Assembly: GCA_947427095.1 (NCBI GenBank)
Contig: CANEGO010000002.1
Coordinates: 99,810 to 163,809 of the forward strand
DNA length: 64,000 nucleotides
Reading direction: 5' to 3'
Source of the DNA: an uncultured Clostridium sp.
Lineage (GTDB): Bacteria; Bacillota_I; Bacilli_A; RF39; UBA660
Every line of letters begins with the position of its first letter. The stretch's first letter is position 1. The notes beneath the pieces were generated by a model that searched no databases, was not told where the DNA came from, and was given only the letters and a program-made list of their open reading frames with translations. Shown piece after piece: positions 37,676 through 47,729 of the stretch. Position numbers and translations under genes: made by a program.

Positions 37676-40600
37676 ATGAACATGGCAAAGTCGAATATTA
37701 AAAGCAGATTAAGTGATTGGTTTCTTATTCAGAGAATTAGAATAACTAATTTTATGAAGGAACATAAGTATGTTTCGGCGTTTATTGGTGTTTTTTTAAT
37801 GTCTTCCTTAATTGCTTTCATAGTTTACGCGGTTGATGCAAACAAGTATGATGGTCAGGTTTCAGTTACGGCTAAAGTTGAGCAAAAAAACGTATCTTCA
37901 AGCGAGGAAATTACACATATTAAAAGCTTTAGCAACATCATATATGATATATCATATGGATTATCAATATCAGACTTACCTGCCAACGAAACGGTTGTAA
38001 GGGAAAAAGTAATAATTGAAGCAGAATTTAACGAAGGTATTGATGCTGAATGGATATTCCAGGACGAGGATGCAACTTATGAATTGTCAGAAGATAAAAG
38101 AAAGTTAACGGTAACTATTTATCAAACTAAGGTTGGGGAACTTAACAGCAAGCAATTGTATTTAAAAGCAAAAAATATACAAAATGGAACAGTTATAAAT
38201 ACGAATATTAGAATAAAGGAATCTACCGCCGCAGATTTTACTGATTTAGGTCAAAAAAGTGTAGTAATAGAAAGTGAAAAAGTTGATTTAACTACTAAAA
38301 TAATATCTGGCACAGCTTATAAATCTTCTGACTATCAAGAAGGACGATTAGCTCCTTTTGGTATATTAGTTGGATTTGATAAAAGTAATCTTAAAACAGA
38401 GAATAAAGATAGTTTAGAGGGGCTTTATTTTGATCCTAATTTGAGTTTAATATTAGAAGCAACTCAGACTGTAAATGGAGTTAATTCTCAAATAGAATTA
38501 AAAAATGATAGTAATAAATTTTTTGGATTATATGATAAAGGATCTAATTTATTGCCATTGATGCCACATCATATAAATAATTATCAATATTATTCAGTAT
38601 ATAATTCCGGTAAGGTTACAAACTTAATCAAGTCAAAAAGTGGGGTTTCCGGTGTTGTTACTGAAAATAAAAATCCAGATTTATATTTAATAGGTGATAA
38701 AACCATGAATTTAGAGCTTGGAGAAAAATACGAAGAATATGGTGTGTCAACAACAAATGGTGGTTCAGCTATTTGCAAAACAAGCAGTTCTTCCTGCACC
38801 CGTGTTATAAAAGATAAAGATGGAAATGAAATCGCTGATAATGACGTTACCAAATCGGTTGGTAATTATATTGTTAGCTATGAATATAATACGGCAAGTG
38901 GTGTTACTAAGGTTAACAGAAATATCAAAGTTGCTGAAAAAACAACGGCTACTTTAAATGATGATGTGTATGAACTAAACGGTAATAAAATCATTACTTT
39001 AGTAAAAGGTACAGCTTATTCTGAAAGTGGAATAATAAAAAATGGTGCTAAATATTATAATTATGAAAGTATCATAACAAAAGATGGAGATGTTATTGAA
39101 AAAATAGACGCAACCATAGTTGGTACCTATGTAATAACTTATAAAATTACTGATGCTACTAGTCAGACGCCAGAAACTGGTGAAGAGACCCTGGCAGAGG
39201 AATCTACCATTAAAGAAGTTTCGTTAACAAGGACGGTTAAAGTAGTTGAAGGCTTGGAGTATTTGAAAGCACAAACGATTACTTCCAGCACTATTTATGC
39301 TCCGTCAGATGGTTCATTTACTAACCCTTTAATAAATCTTGATGGCAAGGATATAGAATGTACAAGCGATAGTGGATGTGAGGTTAAATATTATGATCCA
39401 ATTAGTAAAAAAGAAACAACTATTGATAAACAAAAAGCTGGAACATATAATGCTATATATAAAATAACCGATAAAAATGGATTTGAACTACAAACGGGAA
39501 ATGTTATTAATATTCAAACTAAATATGATTTTAATATAGAGGGAATAAAATCTGATGGAACTATTAATTTATATGGAGACGATTTTGTTGCATTAGGTTC
39601 TTATTTTGTAAATGCGGCATCTCCTAGAGCTCTTGAAGCAAGTGGTGATATTGCAGTTAATCTAAGAATTGGTGATGTAGTATCAGAAAATGTTATTAAT
39701 AAAGTTTATTCGGCAGGAACGAAAACTAATCATTTAACATTTAATACCGATACCTCTGGAATGTTAACAGAGTTGCCAAATGACACTTATTTAGCTTATG
39801 GTGAAGAAGTTATTTTAAGATCGGTATTTAATTATTCTAGTGATGGCGATGATAATATTGGAACTTTAACAACTAGGATTCCGATTGGTACGGCTGTTTC
39901 ATCAGCAAATAATCCGACCGCTCCGTTTACTATGGTTGAGTATAATAATAGTGTGGAGAATGGTGAACCCTATTACGTAAATGAGGAATTAAAAGATAAA
40001 GTAAAAGTTAGCTATTATGCATGTGAAATGGAAGAATCTAAGACAACCTGTATTAGTGAAACCGGAGCAACTTATGAAACTTTTGATACATTAAATGACG
40101 CTTTGAAGAAAAATGATAAATTAAGATTAGCTTATTTAACATACGTGGTTAATGACGTAAGACCTGGCTCTGAAATTGATTTTAGGATTAGATTAGTTGC
40201 TAACGTTGGAAATCATGATGGAGTACTTACAATGACATCAACATCTACATTTGATGAAAAGCAAGAAAATGGAACTAGTCAAAGTAAAAATATATCTGAT
40301 AATAGTACTATAAACGTTACCGCGTTTAAGGCAAGGACTAAAGTGTTTATTGGTAATAGTGAACAAGACGTCATAATAAATGCCGCTAATGTAAATAGCT
40401 CAACGTGGACTATTTATCCGACAATAAGTTTACCAGCAGAGTTAGTAAATACTAATATAGCGGCTATAGATGAACTTTCTAATATTACAATCGTTGTTAC
40501 TTTGCCTGATGGAATTAATTATTTATATAATGAAAATTATGATATTCCTTCAGTAAGTAATAATGGCAAAACCCTAACTTATGTTTTAAAGGGGAAACAC

Positions 40601-42250
40601 GTTAATGAGTGGATTGATCCGATAACGTTTGAGGCTAGTTATGATATAGATATTCCTTCTGGAACAAGAAAGGAAGTTAACGTTTTAATACAAGCAACGT
40701 CAACCAGTGGAATATCTGATGCATCTAGTAAAAACTTAAGAACAACAACGAGAGCAGTGACATATCAAAATAACGAAGTAATAACATATGCACAGTATAC
40801 TCCATATACAGCAATATCTAAAGAGACAAGTTTTAATGTAAGCACTAAATTATACAATAATGATAGTAAAGAAGTAACGCATTCAAATTTAGATATTGTA
40901 ACGCTACTTCCGTATAATGATGTAAGTAACGAAAAAAATAAATATACAGGCACATATACTATATCTAATTTACCTAAGGGAGCTTTATGTACAACTAGTA
41001 TTCCATCCGTAATAAGTGACTCTAAAAAACTTTTATCTGGTGATGAAATAACATGGGAAGATTGTTCTAAATATCAATCTGAGAACTATGTTGGCATTAC
41101 GGCCATTAGGGTTAATGGTATAAGTCTTGCTGCTAGAAAAACTTATGAACAAAGTATAACAATTAATCCAATAGGTAATAAAACAGATGATTCATATCAA
41201 ATTAATTCGTATTTAATCATGGATTCTGATGGTAAAAGGATTGTAAAAAATATTAAAGCTTTAAATATTGATGTTATTAGTAAAAGAATAACTGGTACGG
41301 TTTGGGAAGACTTTGACGCCAACGGTATTATGGATGCACAAGAAAAAAAGGTGTCAGGGGTTACTTTAAAATTATACAATGCGGAAACTGACGAACTTGT
41401 AAAAACTACTACTTCTGATGAAAAGGGTAAATATAGTTTATCTGATTTGATTCCGGGCACCTATTATGTAGTGGCAGAGTATAATACGGCAAAATATGGT
41501 TTATCACCATATCAAGTAACACTAGATAAATCTGTTAGTTCCTCGTTTAATGCAACTAAGGTTAACGAAGATAATATTGACTCTAAAAATAGTAATACAA
41601 AAGATGATATAGTATCTTCCGAATCGACAAAAGAAGATGTAGAATGCACTGGTGATGAGTGTACAGATCTTGACCCCTCTGATAAACTGGAAGAAACTCA
41701 GCCTGTTATTAGGACCGAAAATATAGAAATAAATAGTAATACTAGAATGGTTAGTAATGTTAATCTTGGTCTTGCACTTAGAAAGACATATTCTGTTAAA
41801 TTGACAAAGTATGTAACAAAGGCAATTACGACTAATAATCTTGGTGTATCAACAATAAAAGATTATGGTAATGTTTCTTTGGCAAAATTGGACGTAAAGG
41901 ATATAAATAATTTAGGTATTAAGGTTGTTTATACTTTAGAATTAGAAAATACTGGTTATTATCCTGGTTATATTTATTCTGTGAAGGATTATATTCCAGA
42001 TGGGATGAAGTTTAATGAAAATTATGAAGAAAATAAAGGTTGGGTAATGACTGAATATGGTTATTTGGAAAATAACACTTTATTTGATCAGTTGGTTGCT
42101 GGGGGAGAAAAGAAATATCTTACAGTCGCCTTTGATATCGTAAGAAAAGAAGCTGGCTCTTTTGTTAACTATGCGGCAGTGGATGATGAAGATTTACAAA
42201 TTTTAGTTGTTGCTGGAAATGAAGGAGAAGAAGGTGATAGTAATGAATAA
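37676..42250 (+). CDS. Giant N-terminally membrane-anchored surface protein (about 1525 aa) with a C-terminal CnaB/SdrD-B-type domain and a DUF11 domain
   Basis: Start set at the ATG 8 nt after GGGAGG; the track starts at 37646. A TM helix (VSAFIGVFLMSSLIAFIVYAV) follows a short cytoplasmic tail. ITGTVWEDFDANGIMDAQEKKVSGVTLKLYNAETDELVKTTTSDEKGKYSLSDLIPGTYYV is a classic CnaB/SdrD B repeat. The terminal VVYTLELENTGYYPGYIYSVKDYIPDGMKF is DUF11-like. There is no C-terminal sorting signal. Confidence 0.7.
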   Translation: MNMAKSNIKSRLSDWFLIQRIRITNFMKEHKYVSAFIGVFLMSSLIAFIVYAVDANKYDGQVSVTAKVEQKNVSSSEEITHIKSFSNIIYDISYGLSISDLPANETVVREKVIIEAEFNEGIDAEWIFQDEDATYELSEDKRKLTVTIYQTKVGELNSKQLYLKAKNIQNGTVINTNIRIKESTAADFTDLGQKSVVIESEKVDLTTKIISGTAYKSSDYQEGRLAPFGILVGFDKSNLKTENKDSLEGLYFDPNLSLILEATQTVNGVNSQIELKNDSNKFFGLYDKGSNLLPLMPHHINNYQYYSVYNSGKVTNLIKSKSGVSGVVTENKNPDLYLIGDKTMNLELGEKYEEYGVSTTNGGSAICKTSSSSCTRVIKDKDGNEIADNDVTKSVGNYIVSYEYNTASGVTKVNRNIKVAEKTTATLNDDVYELNGNKIITLVKGTAYSESGIIKNGAKYYNYESIITKDGDVIEKIDATIVGTYVITYKITDATSQTPETGEETLAEESTIKEVSLTRTVKVVEGLEYLKAQTITSSTIYAPSDGSFTNPLINLDGKDIECTSDSGCEVKYYDPISKKETTIDKQKAGTYNAIYKITDKNGFELQTGNVINIQTKYDFNIEGIKSDGTINLYGDDFVALGSYFVNAASPRALEASGDIAVNLRIGDVVSENVINKVYSAGTKTNHLTFNTDTSGMLTELPNDTYLAYGEEVILRSVFNYSSDGDDNIGTLTTRIPIGTAVSSANNPTAPFTMVEYNNSVENGEPYYVNEELKDKVKVSYYACEMEESKTTCISETGATYETFDTLNDALKKNDKLRLAYLTYVVNDVRPGSEIDFRIRLVANVGNHDGVLTMTSTSTFDEKQENGTSQSKNISDNSTINVTAFKARTKVFIGNSEQDVIINAANVNSSTWTIYPTISLPAELVNTNIAAIDELSNITIVVTLPDGINYLYNENYDIPSVSNNGKTLTYVLKGKHVNEWIDPITFEASYDIDIPSGTRKEVNVLIQATSTSGISDASSKNLRTTTRAVTYQNNEVITYAQYTPYTAISKETSFNVSTKLYNNDSKEVTHSNLDIVTLLPYNDVSNEKNKYTGTYTISNLPKGALCTTSIPSVISDSKKLLSGDEITWEDCSKYQSENYVGITAIRVNGISLAARKTYEQSITINPIGNKTDDSYQINSYLIMDSDGKRIVKNIKALNIDVISKRITGTVWEDFDANGIMDAQEKKVSGVTLKLYNAETDELVKTTTSDEKGKYSLSDLIPGTYYVVAEYNTAKYGLSPYQVTLDKSVSSSFNATKVNEDNIDSKNSNTKDDIVSSESTKEDVECTGDECTDLDPSDKLEETQPVIRTENIEINSNTRMVSNVNLGLALRKTYSVKLTKYVTKAITTNNLGVSTIKDYGNVSLAKLDVKDINNLGIKVVYTLELENTGYYPGYIYSVKDYIPDGMKFNENYEENKGWVMTEYGYLENNTLFDQLVAGGEKKYLTVAFDIVRKEAGSFVNYAAVDDEDLQILVVAGNEGEEGDSNE

Positions 42251-44372
42251 AAAAGTTAAAAATATTATATTAGTTATTCTTCTTTCCATTACTACCTTCT
42301 TTAGCTTTAACAACATTTTATTTGCTAAAACAGGGCAAATACACCCTCATAGTAATACGAATTATAAAAATGCAGTATATCGAATGAATGGTGTTAATAA
42401 AGATAAGAACATAGGTTGGGTTGGAATTTATAATATAAATGGGCAACATGCTTATTGTATAGAATTAGGAACACCTCTATCTCCTGGGTATGATCCTAAT
42501 AATAACGTTGATTTTAACGATTATTCATATGGTTTTTTCAAGAATTTAAGTGCCTCAGAACGAGCTGCTAGAAGTACTAGAATCGCTTATATATTAACGT
42601 TTGCTGAAAATATTGGTACTGTTCCGGCAGAGAGTGCCATGAATAAAACTCAAGCGTTAAGAATTTATGCTGCTCAAGGTTTAATTTGGGAAACTATGAC
42701 TGGGGAGAGAACTTCTTTTAATAATTTGTGGCCAGAAAATCATCAGGGAACGGCTTGTAGTTTTTACGATGTTGTTCATAGCAGAAATGGTTGTAATAAG
42801 GGTAATGATATGAGCGTGATCTCCCAAGAGTATGATCGTATTGTAAAAGCAATCCAATCTACGTTTTTAGATAGTAATCCGGGGGAATCTGGTAAAACTT
42901 TTAAACCAGGTGGTAGTGAAAACAAAGTGGCTCTTTCTTGGGATGGTTCAAAATATACTTTAAGAATTAATGATTATAATTTTTCGTATTGGGAAGTAAT
43001 CAAAACCGATGGTCTTCAAGTAGAAAAAGGTTCAAATTATATTACTATTTCAAGTAAAAATCCAATTGATGAAAATGCTGCAAAGCAGGTTGGTATTCAG
43101 ATTATTAATAAAAATAATAGTTCTAATATCGCGAAGGCATATTATCATGATAGTTTGCAAGATCTTACTACTATTGTAGGTACTACATTACAAAGATATA
43201 TTAAGGTATACACACCAAAATATCAGTTAAAAATCACTAAAAAAGCTTCTTTAGATGGAAAGGTTTTAAGTGGAGCAAAATTCAATATTTGTTCAAATAG
43301 TTCCTGTACAAAAATATTAGGTACGGTAACAACGGATAAAAATGGAACTGCAACATTTCAAAGTATCCCATCACCAGGTACTTATTATGTAAAGGAAATA
43401 GTTGCTCCGCCGGGGTATGAACTTGATTCAACACCACGTGCCGTTACTGTTTCATCTTCTAGTATCGCGGGATCATCAAGTTATGGGGTGATAACTTTAA
43501 CTGATGCGAATAAAGTATTTAACTTAACAAAAAAGACAGTTGATGAAAATGGAAACGTTATTGATTTAGATGATGGATGTGGAACAGATAATTATACTGG
43601 TCCAGAATTTGAGATTAAAGAAAACGGAAGTAGTCTTTATTTTAAAGAAATAAAACCAGGTGAATATGATGTTTCAAGTAAGGATGCTGATGGTGCAACA
43701 ACAAAGCTTAGAACTTGCAAAGGAAAATTCAAAGTTTATACTTTGCCAAAGTGTAATTACACCATATCGGAAACTAAAGCTCCAGAAGGACTTACTTTGC
43801 CATCCGAACCAACAAAAGCAATTAACGTTTGTGGTTCTGGGAAAAACGTATCATTTACCAATGGATTTGCAGGTTTAGAATTTCAAAAAAAAGATGAGGA
43901 TGGTAACTTTGTAGAAGGAGGAAAATTTTCTCTCCAAAGAAGGGTAAATAATGTTTATCGTGATATTTTACTAAAACAAGTAGAAGATGGTAGTTATGTT
44001 TACGATGCTAATCTAAAAGAAGAAGACGAAGGAGCTACTTATATAATTCTTACTAATAAAGGTATAGCACGCATTTCAAAATTAGCACCTGGTGAATACA
44101 GGGTGGTAGAAAAAGAGGCTCCAGAAGGATTTGAACTTATTCAAGATAAGGATTCCAAATCTTTAGTTACCATAAAAGATAGTGATAAAGAAGGATATTA
44201 TTTAGTAGAAATGATTGACCAAAAGGTTAGGAAAAATGGAAGTAAATCCTCCGCTGAACTTGTAGTTACGATCACAACTGGTAGAAAGGTTCCAAATTAT
44301 ATACTTATTATTTCTGCTTTAGTTATTATGCTTGTAATAGCTATATTGATAAGAAAAAAAATAAAAAAATAG
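42243..44372 (+). CDS. Secreted adhesin/pilin-like protein (about 709 aa) with a possible thioester-type N-domain, two SpaA-like prealbumin-fold domains, and a C-terminal TM helix with a KR-tail cell-wall-anchor-like signal
   Basis: The ATG overlaps the upstream stop (ATGAATAA), with a GAAGGAG RBS. Signal peptide MNKKVKNIILVILLSITTFFSFNNILFA. YCIELGTP and AAQGLIWE resemble the Cys and TQxA(I/V)W Gln motifs of thioester domains. GTYYVKEIVAPPGYELDSTPRAVTV and KLAPGEYRVVEKEAPEGFELIQ are SpaA-like. The C-terminus is ..VVTITTGRKVPNYILIISALVIMLVIAILIRKKIKK. Confidence 0.65.
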   Translation: MNKKVKNIILVILLSITTFFSFNNILFAKTGQIHPHSNTNYKNAVYRMNGVNKDKNIGWVGIYNINGQHAYCIELGTPLSPGYDPNNNVDFNDYSYGFFKNLSASERAARSTRIAYILTFAENIGTVPAESAMNKTQALRIYAAQGLIWETMTGERTSFNNLWPENHQGTACSFYDVVHSRNGCNKGNDMSVISQEYDRIVKAIQSTFLDSNPGESGKTFKPGGSENKVALSWDGSKYTLRINDYNFSYWEVIKTDGLQVEKGSNYITISSKNPIDENAAKQVGIQIINKNNSSNIAKAYYHDSLQDLTTIVGTTLQRYIKVYTPKYQLKITKKASLDGKVLSGAKFNICSNSSCTKILGTVTTDKNGTATFQSIPSPGTYYVKEIVAPPGYELDSTPRAVTVSSSSIAGSSSYGVITLTDANKVFNLTKKTVDENGNVIDLDDGCGTDNYTGPEFEIKENGSSLYFKEIKPGEYDVSSKDADGATTKLRTCKGKFKVYTLPKCNYTISETKAPEGLTLPSEPTKAINVCGSGKNVSFTNGFAGLEFQKKDEDGNFVEGGKFSLQRRVNNVYRDILLKQVEDGSYVYDANLKEEDEGATYIILTNKGIARISKLAPGEYRVVEKEAPEGFELIQDKDSKSLVTIKDSDKEGYYLVEMIDQKVRKNGSKSSAELVVTITTGRKVPNYILIISALVIMLVIAILIRKKIKK

Positions 44373-44393
44373 CAATAGGTTGCTATTTTTTTT
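44363..44393 (+). terminator. Terminator after the adhesin pair
   Basis: AATAGCAA-TAGG-TTGCTATT hairpin plus T8; it begins at the stop codon. Confidence 0.65.
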
Positions 44394-44445
44394 AATAATG
44401 TGGTAAAATTATATTGTTTAATAATCAACTAAAAGGAGTGTTCAT

Positions 44446-44703
44446 ATGGAAATAACTAGTGTGTCAGTTCAAAAAGAAACTAAGGAAAATTCCAGAATGA
44501 TAGGTTATGCAGAAATAGTTTTTGACGATTGCCTAAAGGTTAATGGAATTAGAATAATAAGGGGAAACTCAAAAATTTTTGCGGCCATGCCAAATAAAAA
44601 GTTACAAGACGGGAAATATAAAGACTATGTTCATCCAATTAATGCCGAACTAAGAAAGAAAATAGATGATGCGATTGAGGAAGCCTATAACAAGGCAGAA
44701 TAA
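44446..44703 (+). CDS. spoVG: Septation/sporulation protein SpoVG
   Basis: MEITSVSVQKETKENSRMIGYAEIVFDDCLKVNGIRII... is the canonical SpoVG sequence. Confidence 0.9.
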   Translation: MEITSVSVQKETKENSRMIGYAEIVFDDCLKVNGIRIIRGNSKIFAAMPNKKLQDGKYKDYVHPINAELRKKIDDAIEEAYNKAE

Positions 44704-44754
44704 TATGCTATCATATTTTTCTTTTTTTTTAATATAATTTATCAGGAGGTAGTT

Positions 44755-45045
44755 ATGGATAAAGATGTTGATAAAATGGAGTTAATAAATCATAACATTA
44801 CGATAACACAGAGGCAAAACGTAACAATTAGTGGCATAACTAAAATAGAGAGTTTTGATAGCGAAGAATTCCTTCTTGATACAAGTTCTGGCCCTCTTGG
44901 AATCAAGGGAAAAGAACTTGAAATAGTAAAATTAGATACCTATGATGGCACGATTGTTATTAAAGGTATTATAGATGGCTTTTCATATCTAGATGCGGGT
45001 AAAAATAAAAAAGAGGATTCAGTAATATCGAGGTTGTTTAAGTAA
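44755..45045 (+). CDS. yabP: Sporulation protein YabP
   Basis: ..HNITITQRQNVTISGITKIESFDSEEFLLDTSSGPLGIKGKELEI.. matches the YabP family. Conserved yabP-yabQ-divIC order. Confidence 0.8.
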   Translation: MDKDVDKMELINHNITITQRQNVTISGITKIESFDSEEFLLDTSSGPLGIKGKELEIVKLDTYDGTIVIKGIIDGFSYLDAGKNKKEDSVISRLFK

Positions 45046-45317
45046 TGAATTTGGAAACCCAATTTAAAGTCATTTTTTATTCGTTTGTGTACGGAATGTT
45101 TTTTATTGCAACTTTTAAAGGATTAAAAATAATAACACTTAAAAAGAATTTTTTTAAAGTGTTATTAGAATTATTATTCTGCTTTTTTCATGCTATTACC
45201 TTTTATTTTTTGTTATATAGGATAGATTATGGGATTCTTAGTTATTATATTATTGTATTTGTAATACTTGGAGGAATCTTTTGTCAATTACTTTACTTTA
45301 AAGACAAAAATACCTAG
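45045..45317 (+). CDS. yabQ: Spore cortex biosynthesis protein YabQ-like small membrane protein
   Basis: Small 3-TM protein whose start overlaps the yabP stop, in the syntenic position. Confidence 0.55.
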   Translation: MNLETQFKVIFYSFVYGMFFIATFKGLKIITLKKNFFKVLLELLFCFFHAITFYFLLYRIDYGILSYYIIVFVILGGIFCQLLYFKDKNT

Positions 45318-45367
45318 AAAAAAACTTTTTTTCATTATATAATATACTATATAATGGAGATGGTATA

Positions 45368-45658
45368 ATGAGTAACAAATTAACTGCAAAAGAACGAAGA
45401 AGAATTGTGTTAACTTCAATATTTTGCTTTTTTATAATAACCTTATCGATTATATCATCCATTGGTAATGTTTTTAAAATAGGAGAAAAAACTAAGGAGA
45501 AAAAACAATTAACGGTTCAGTTAGAAACACTTGCGGAAGAAGAAAAAATACTTTCTGATGACGTAGAAAAGTTAAAAAATCCTGAATATGCCGCAAGGTA
45601 TGCCAGGGAAAAATATTTATATTCTAAGACCGGAGAAAAAATATTAAAAATAGATTAG
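45368..45658 (+). CDS. divIC: Septum-formation initiator DivIC/FtsB family protein
   Basis: Basic N-terminus, one TM helix, then a coiled coil (..LTVQLETLAEEEKILSDDVEKLKNPEY..). Syntenic with Bacillus divIC. Confidence 0.7.
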   Translation: MSNKLTAKERRRIVLTSIFCFFIITLSIISSIGNVFKIGEKTKEKKQLTVQLETLAEEEKILSDDVEKLKNPEYAARYAREKYLYSKTGEKILKID

Positions 45659-45678
45659 CAAGGTTTTCCTTGTTTTTT
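45659..45678 (+). terminator. Terminator after divIC
   Basis: CAAGG-TTTT-CCTTG followed by TTTTTT. Confidence 0.55.
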
Positions 45679-45702
45679 GCGTTTTAATGTGCTTTAATAC
45701 AT

Positions 45703-46092
45703 ATGGATGTGAGAAAAGTGAATATAAATGAAATAAATGCGGGTATTTTAGCATATCTAGGAGATTCTGTATACGAGGTTAAAATAAGAAATTATCTAAT
45801 TGAAAAAAAGTATGGTAATGTTAATGTGCTTGATAAAGAGGCTATAAAATATGTTAGTGCAAATAATCAAGCAATAATTCTTGATAATTTGATATCTAAA
45901 AAAATATTTACGGATGAGGAACTTTATACAATTAATAGGGCCAGAAATTATAAACCAAATTCAAAACCCAAGAATACATCAATAAAGATATATAAAAAAG
46001 CTACTGCATTAGAGGCTTTATTTGGGATGTTATATTTAAAAAAAGATTATGAAAGAATAAGTTATATAATGAAAGAAATTTTAGGTGATTAA
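45703..46092 (+). CDS. mrnC: Mini-ribonuclease 3 (MrnC/YazC), 23S rRNA maturation
   Basis: RNase III-like signature ..LAYLGDSVYEVKIRNYLI.., about 129 aa. Confidence 0.8.
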   Translation: MDVRKVNINEINAGILAYLGDSVYEVKIRNYLIEKKYGNVNVLDKEAIKYVSANNQAIILDNLISKKIFTDEELYTINRARNYKPNSKPKNTSIKIYKKATALEALFGMLYLKKDYERISYIMKEILGD

Positions 46093-46804
46093 TATGCATG
46101 TGTTTGGTAAGAATGTTGCAAAGGAACTAATATTTAATAAAAAAGAAATAAAAAAGGCATATTTATCTAAGAATATGATAGGCTCTGATATTGAGAAAGA
46201 ATTACAAAATTTAAACGTAAAAATAAGTTATTTAAGTAAGTTTGAACTTGATAAAATAGATAGTGGTAATCATCAAGGAATAATACTAGAAATTCCTGAT
46301 TTCAATTATTTAAGTGAAAGTGAAATGTTTGATAATTTATCTTCTAACCCTTTTATCTTAATTTTAGATCACGTAGAGGATCCGCATAATTTTGGGGCAA
46401 TAATAAGAACCGCTGAAGCTGCTGGTGTTCATTATATAGTGATTCCAAAAAACCGTAGTGTTAGGGTTAACTCTACTGTAATGAAAACCAGTGTGGGAGC
46501 TTTAGATAACGTAAAAATAGTTGAAATAACCAACATTAATAACACTATAAAAAAACTAAAGAAACAAGGTGTTTGGATAGTGGGAACTGATATGGAAGAT
46601 AGCGTTTTATATGATAGCATAGATTATAAAATGCCTATTGCTTTAATAATAGGTAGTGAAGGTTTTGGAATGAGTAATCTAGTTAAAAAAAACTGTGATT
46701 TTATTGCACGAATTCCAATGTACGGTAAAATAAATAGTTTGAATGCATCTGTTGCGGCGGGAATAATGATATATGAGGTTGTAAGACAAAGAAATAGCAA
46801 GTAA
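46085..46804 (+). CDS. rlmB: 23S rRNA 2'-O-methyltransferase RlmB (TrmH/SpoU family, YacO); the likely ATG is at 46094
   Basis: SpoU methylase motifs (..LILDHVEDPHNFGAIIRTAEAAGV.., ..GSEGFGMS.., ..NSLNASVAAGI..). Confidence 0.85.
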   Translation: MINMHVFGKNVAKELIFNKKEIKKAYLSKNMIGSDIEKELQNLNVKISYLSKFELDKIDSGNHQGIILEIPDFNYLSESEMFDNLSSNPFILILDHVEDPHNFGAIIRTAEAAGVHYIVIPKNRSVRVNSTVMKTSVGALDNVKIVEITNINNTIKKLKKQGVWIVGTDMEDSVLYDSIDYKMPIALIIGSEGFGMSNLVKKNCDFIARIPMYGKINSLNASVAAGIMIYEVVRQRNSK

Positions 46805-46814
46805 GGGGGATTTA

Positions 46815-47429
46815 ATGAAAAAGCAATATGAGGACGATTTTGAATTGTTATATATGATTTCTGATAGTAATGAGCAAGCAAGCGAAACTATATTTAAGAA
46901 ATACGAAGCTGTTATTGAATATTATGCAAAAAGGTATTCTCCATTTGTTGAGGGGAAGGGAATAGATTATAATGATTTATATCAAGAGGGATTGATAGGA
47001 CTTGATTCGGCAATTAAAGGTTATAAGGATCAAAAGGACATAAAATTCTCTACTTTTGCATTTATATGTATTAAAAGGAAGATAATAACAGCAGTTAAGC
47101 AAGCAAATCGAAAAAAACATAGTATATTAAATGAATCTTATTCCATAGACTATCATAATGATGATGATAAGAATGGTTTTGGAAACGTGGTTTATAATAA
47201 TGATGGTGGAATTGAAGATTTATTAGTGAGTAAAGAAAATACAGAAACCTTTAATAAAAGACTTAGTGAGGAGTTAACACCTTTTGAAAAACAAGTATAT
47301 GAATTAAGATTGTATGGATTTAACTATGATGAGATATCTAAAAACTTAGGTAAAACCACAAAATCGATTGAAAGTGCTTTATTTAGGATAAGAATAAAGT
47401 TGAAAAATATATTAAATGAAATAAATTGA
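46815..47429 (+). CDS. sigH: RNA polymerase sigma factor SigH
   Basis: DLYQEGLIGLDSAIKGYKDQKDIKFSTFAFICIKRKIITAVKQANRKKH aligns with B. subtilis SigH DIVQEGMIGLYKSIRDFKEDKLTSFKAFAELCITRQIITAIKTATRQKH. Region 4 is at the C-terminus. Confidence 0.85.
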   Translation: MKKQYEDDFELLYMISDSNEQASETIFKKYEAVIEYYAKRYSPFVEGKGIDYNDLYQEGLIGLDSAIKGYKDQKDIKFSTFAFICIKRKIITAVKQANRKKHSILNESYSIDYHNDDDKNGFGNVVYNNDGGIEDLLVSKENTETFNKRLSEELTPFEKQVYELRLYGFNYDEISKNLGKTTKSIESALFRIRIKLKNILNEIN

Positions 47430-47509
47430 CTATTTTAAAAGTTTGTGTTACTATTTAATTAGTAAGCACGAAAAGTGTTTTTTATTTTGAAATAATAGGA
47501 GATATTAAT

Positions 47510-47728
47510 ATGGCAAAAAATAATAAAAAAAGAAACATGTTTAAGTTTTTGTCTGATTTTTTTAAAGATGTAAAAAAAGAGGCCGGTAAGGTTATGTGGA
47601 CATCTAAAAAGAACTTGTTTAAGTATTCGATTGCAACACTAGCATTTATGTTTTTCATATGTGTATTTTTTGTTGGAACGGACTTAATTATTGCACTATT
47701 ATCATACGTAAAGGAGTTAGTTGGTTAA
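47510..47728 (+). CDS. secE: Preprotein translocase subunit SecE
   Basis: Small single-TM protein directly upstream of nusG. Confidence 0.85.
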   Translation: MAKNNKKRNMFKFLSDFFKDVKKEAGKVMWTSKKNLFKYSIATLAFMFFICVFFVGTDLIIALLSYVKELVG

Positions 47729-47729
47729 T

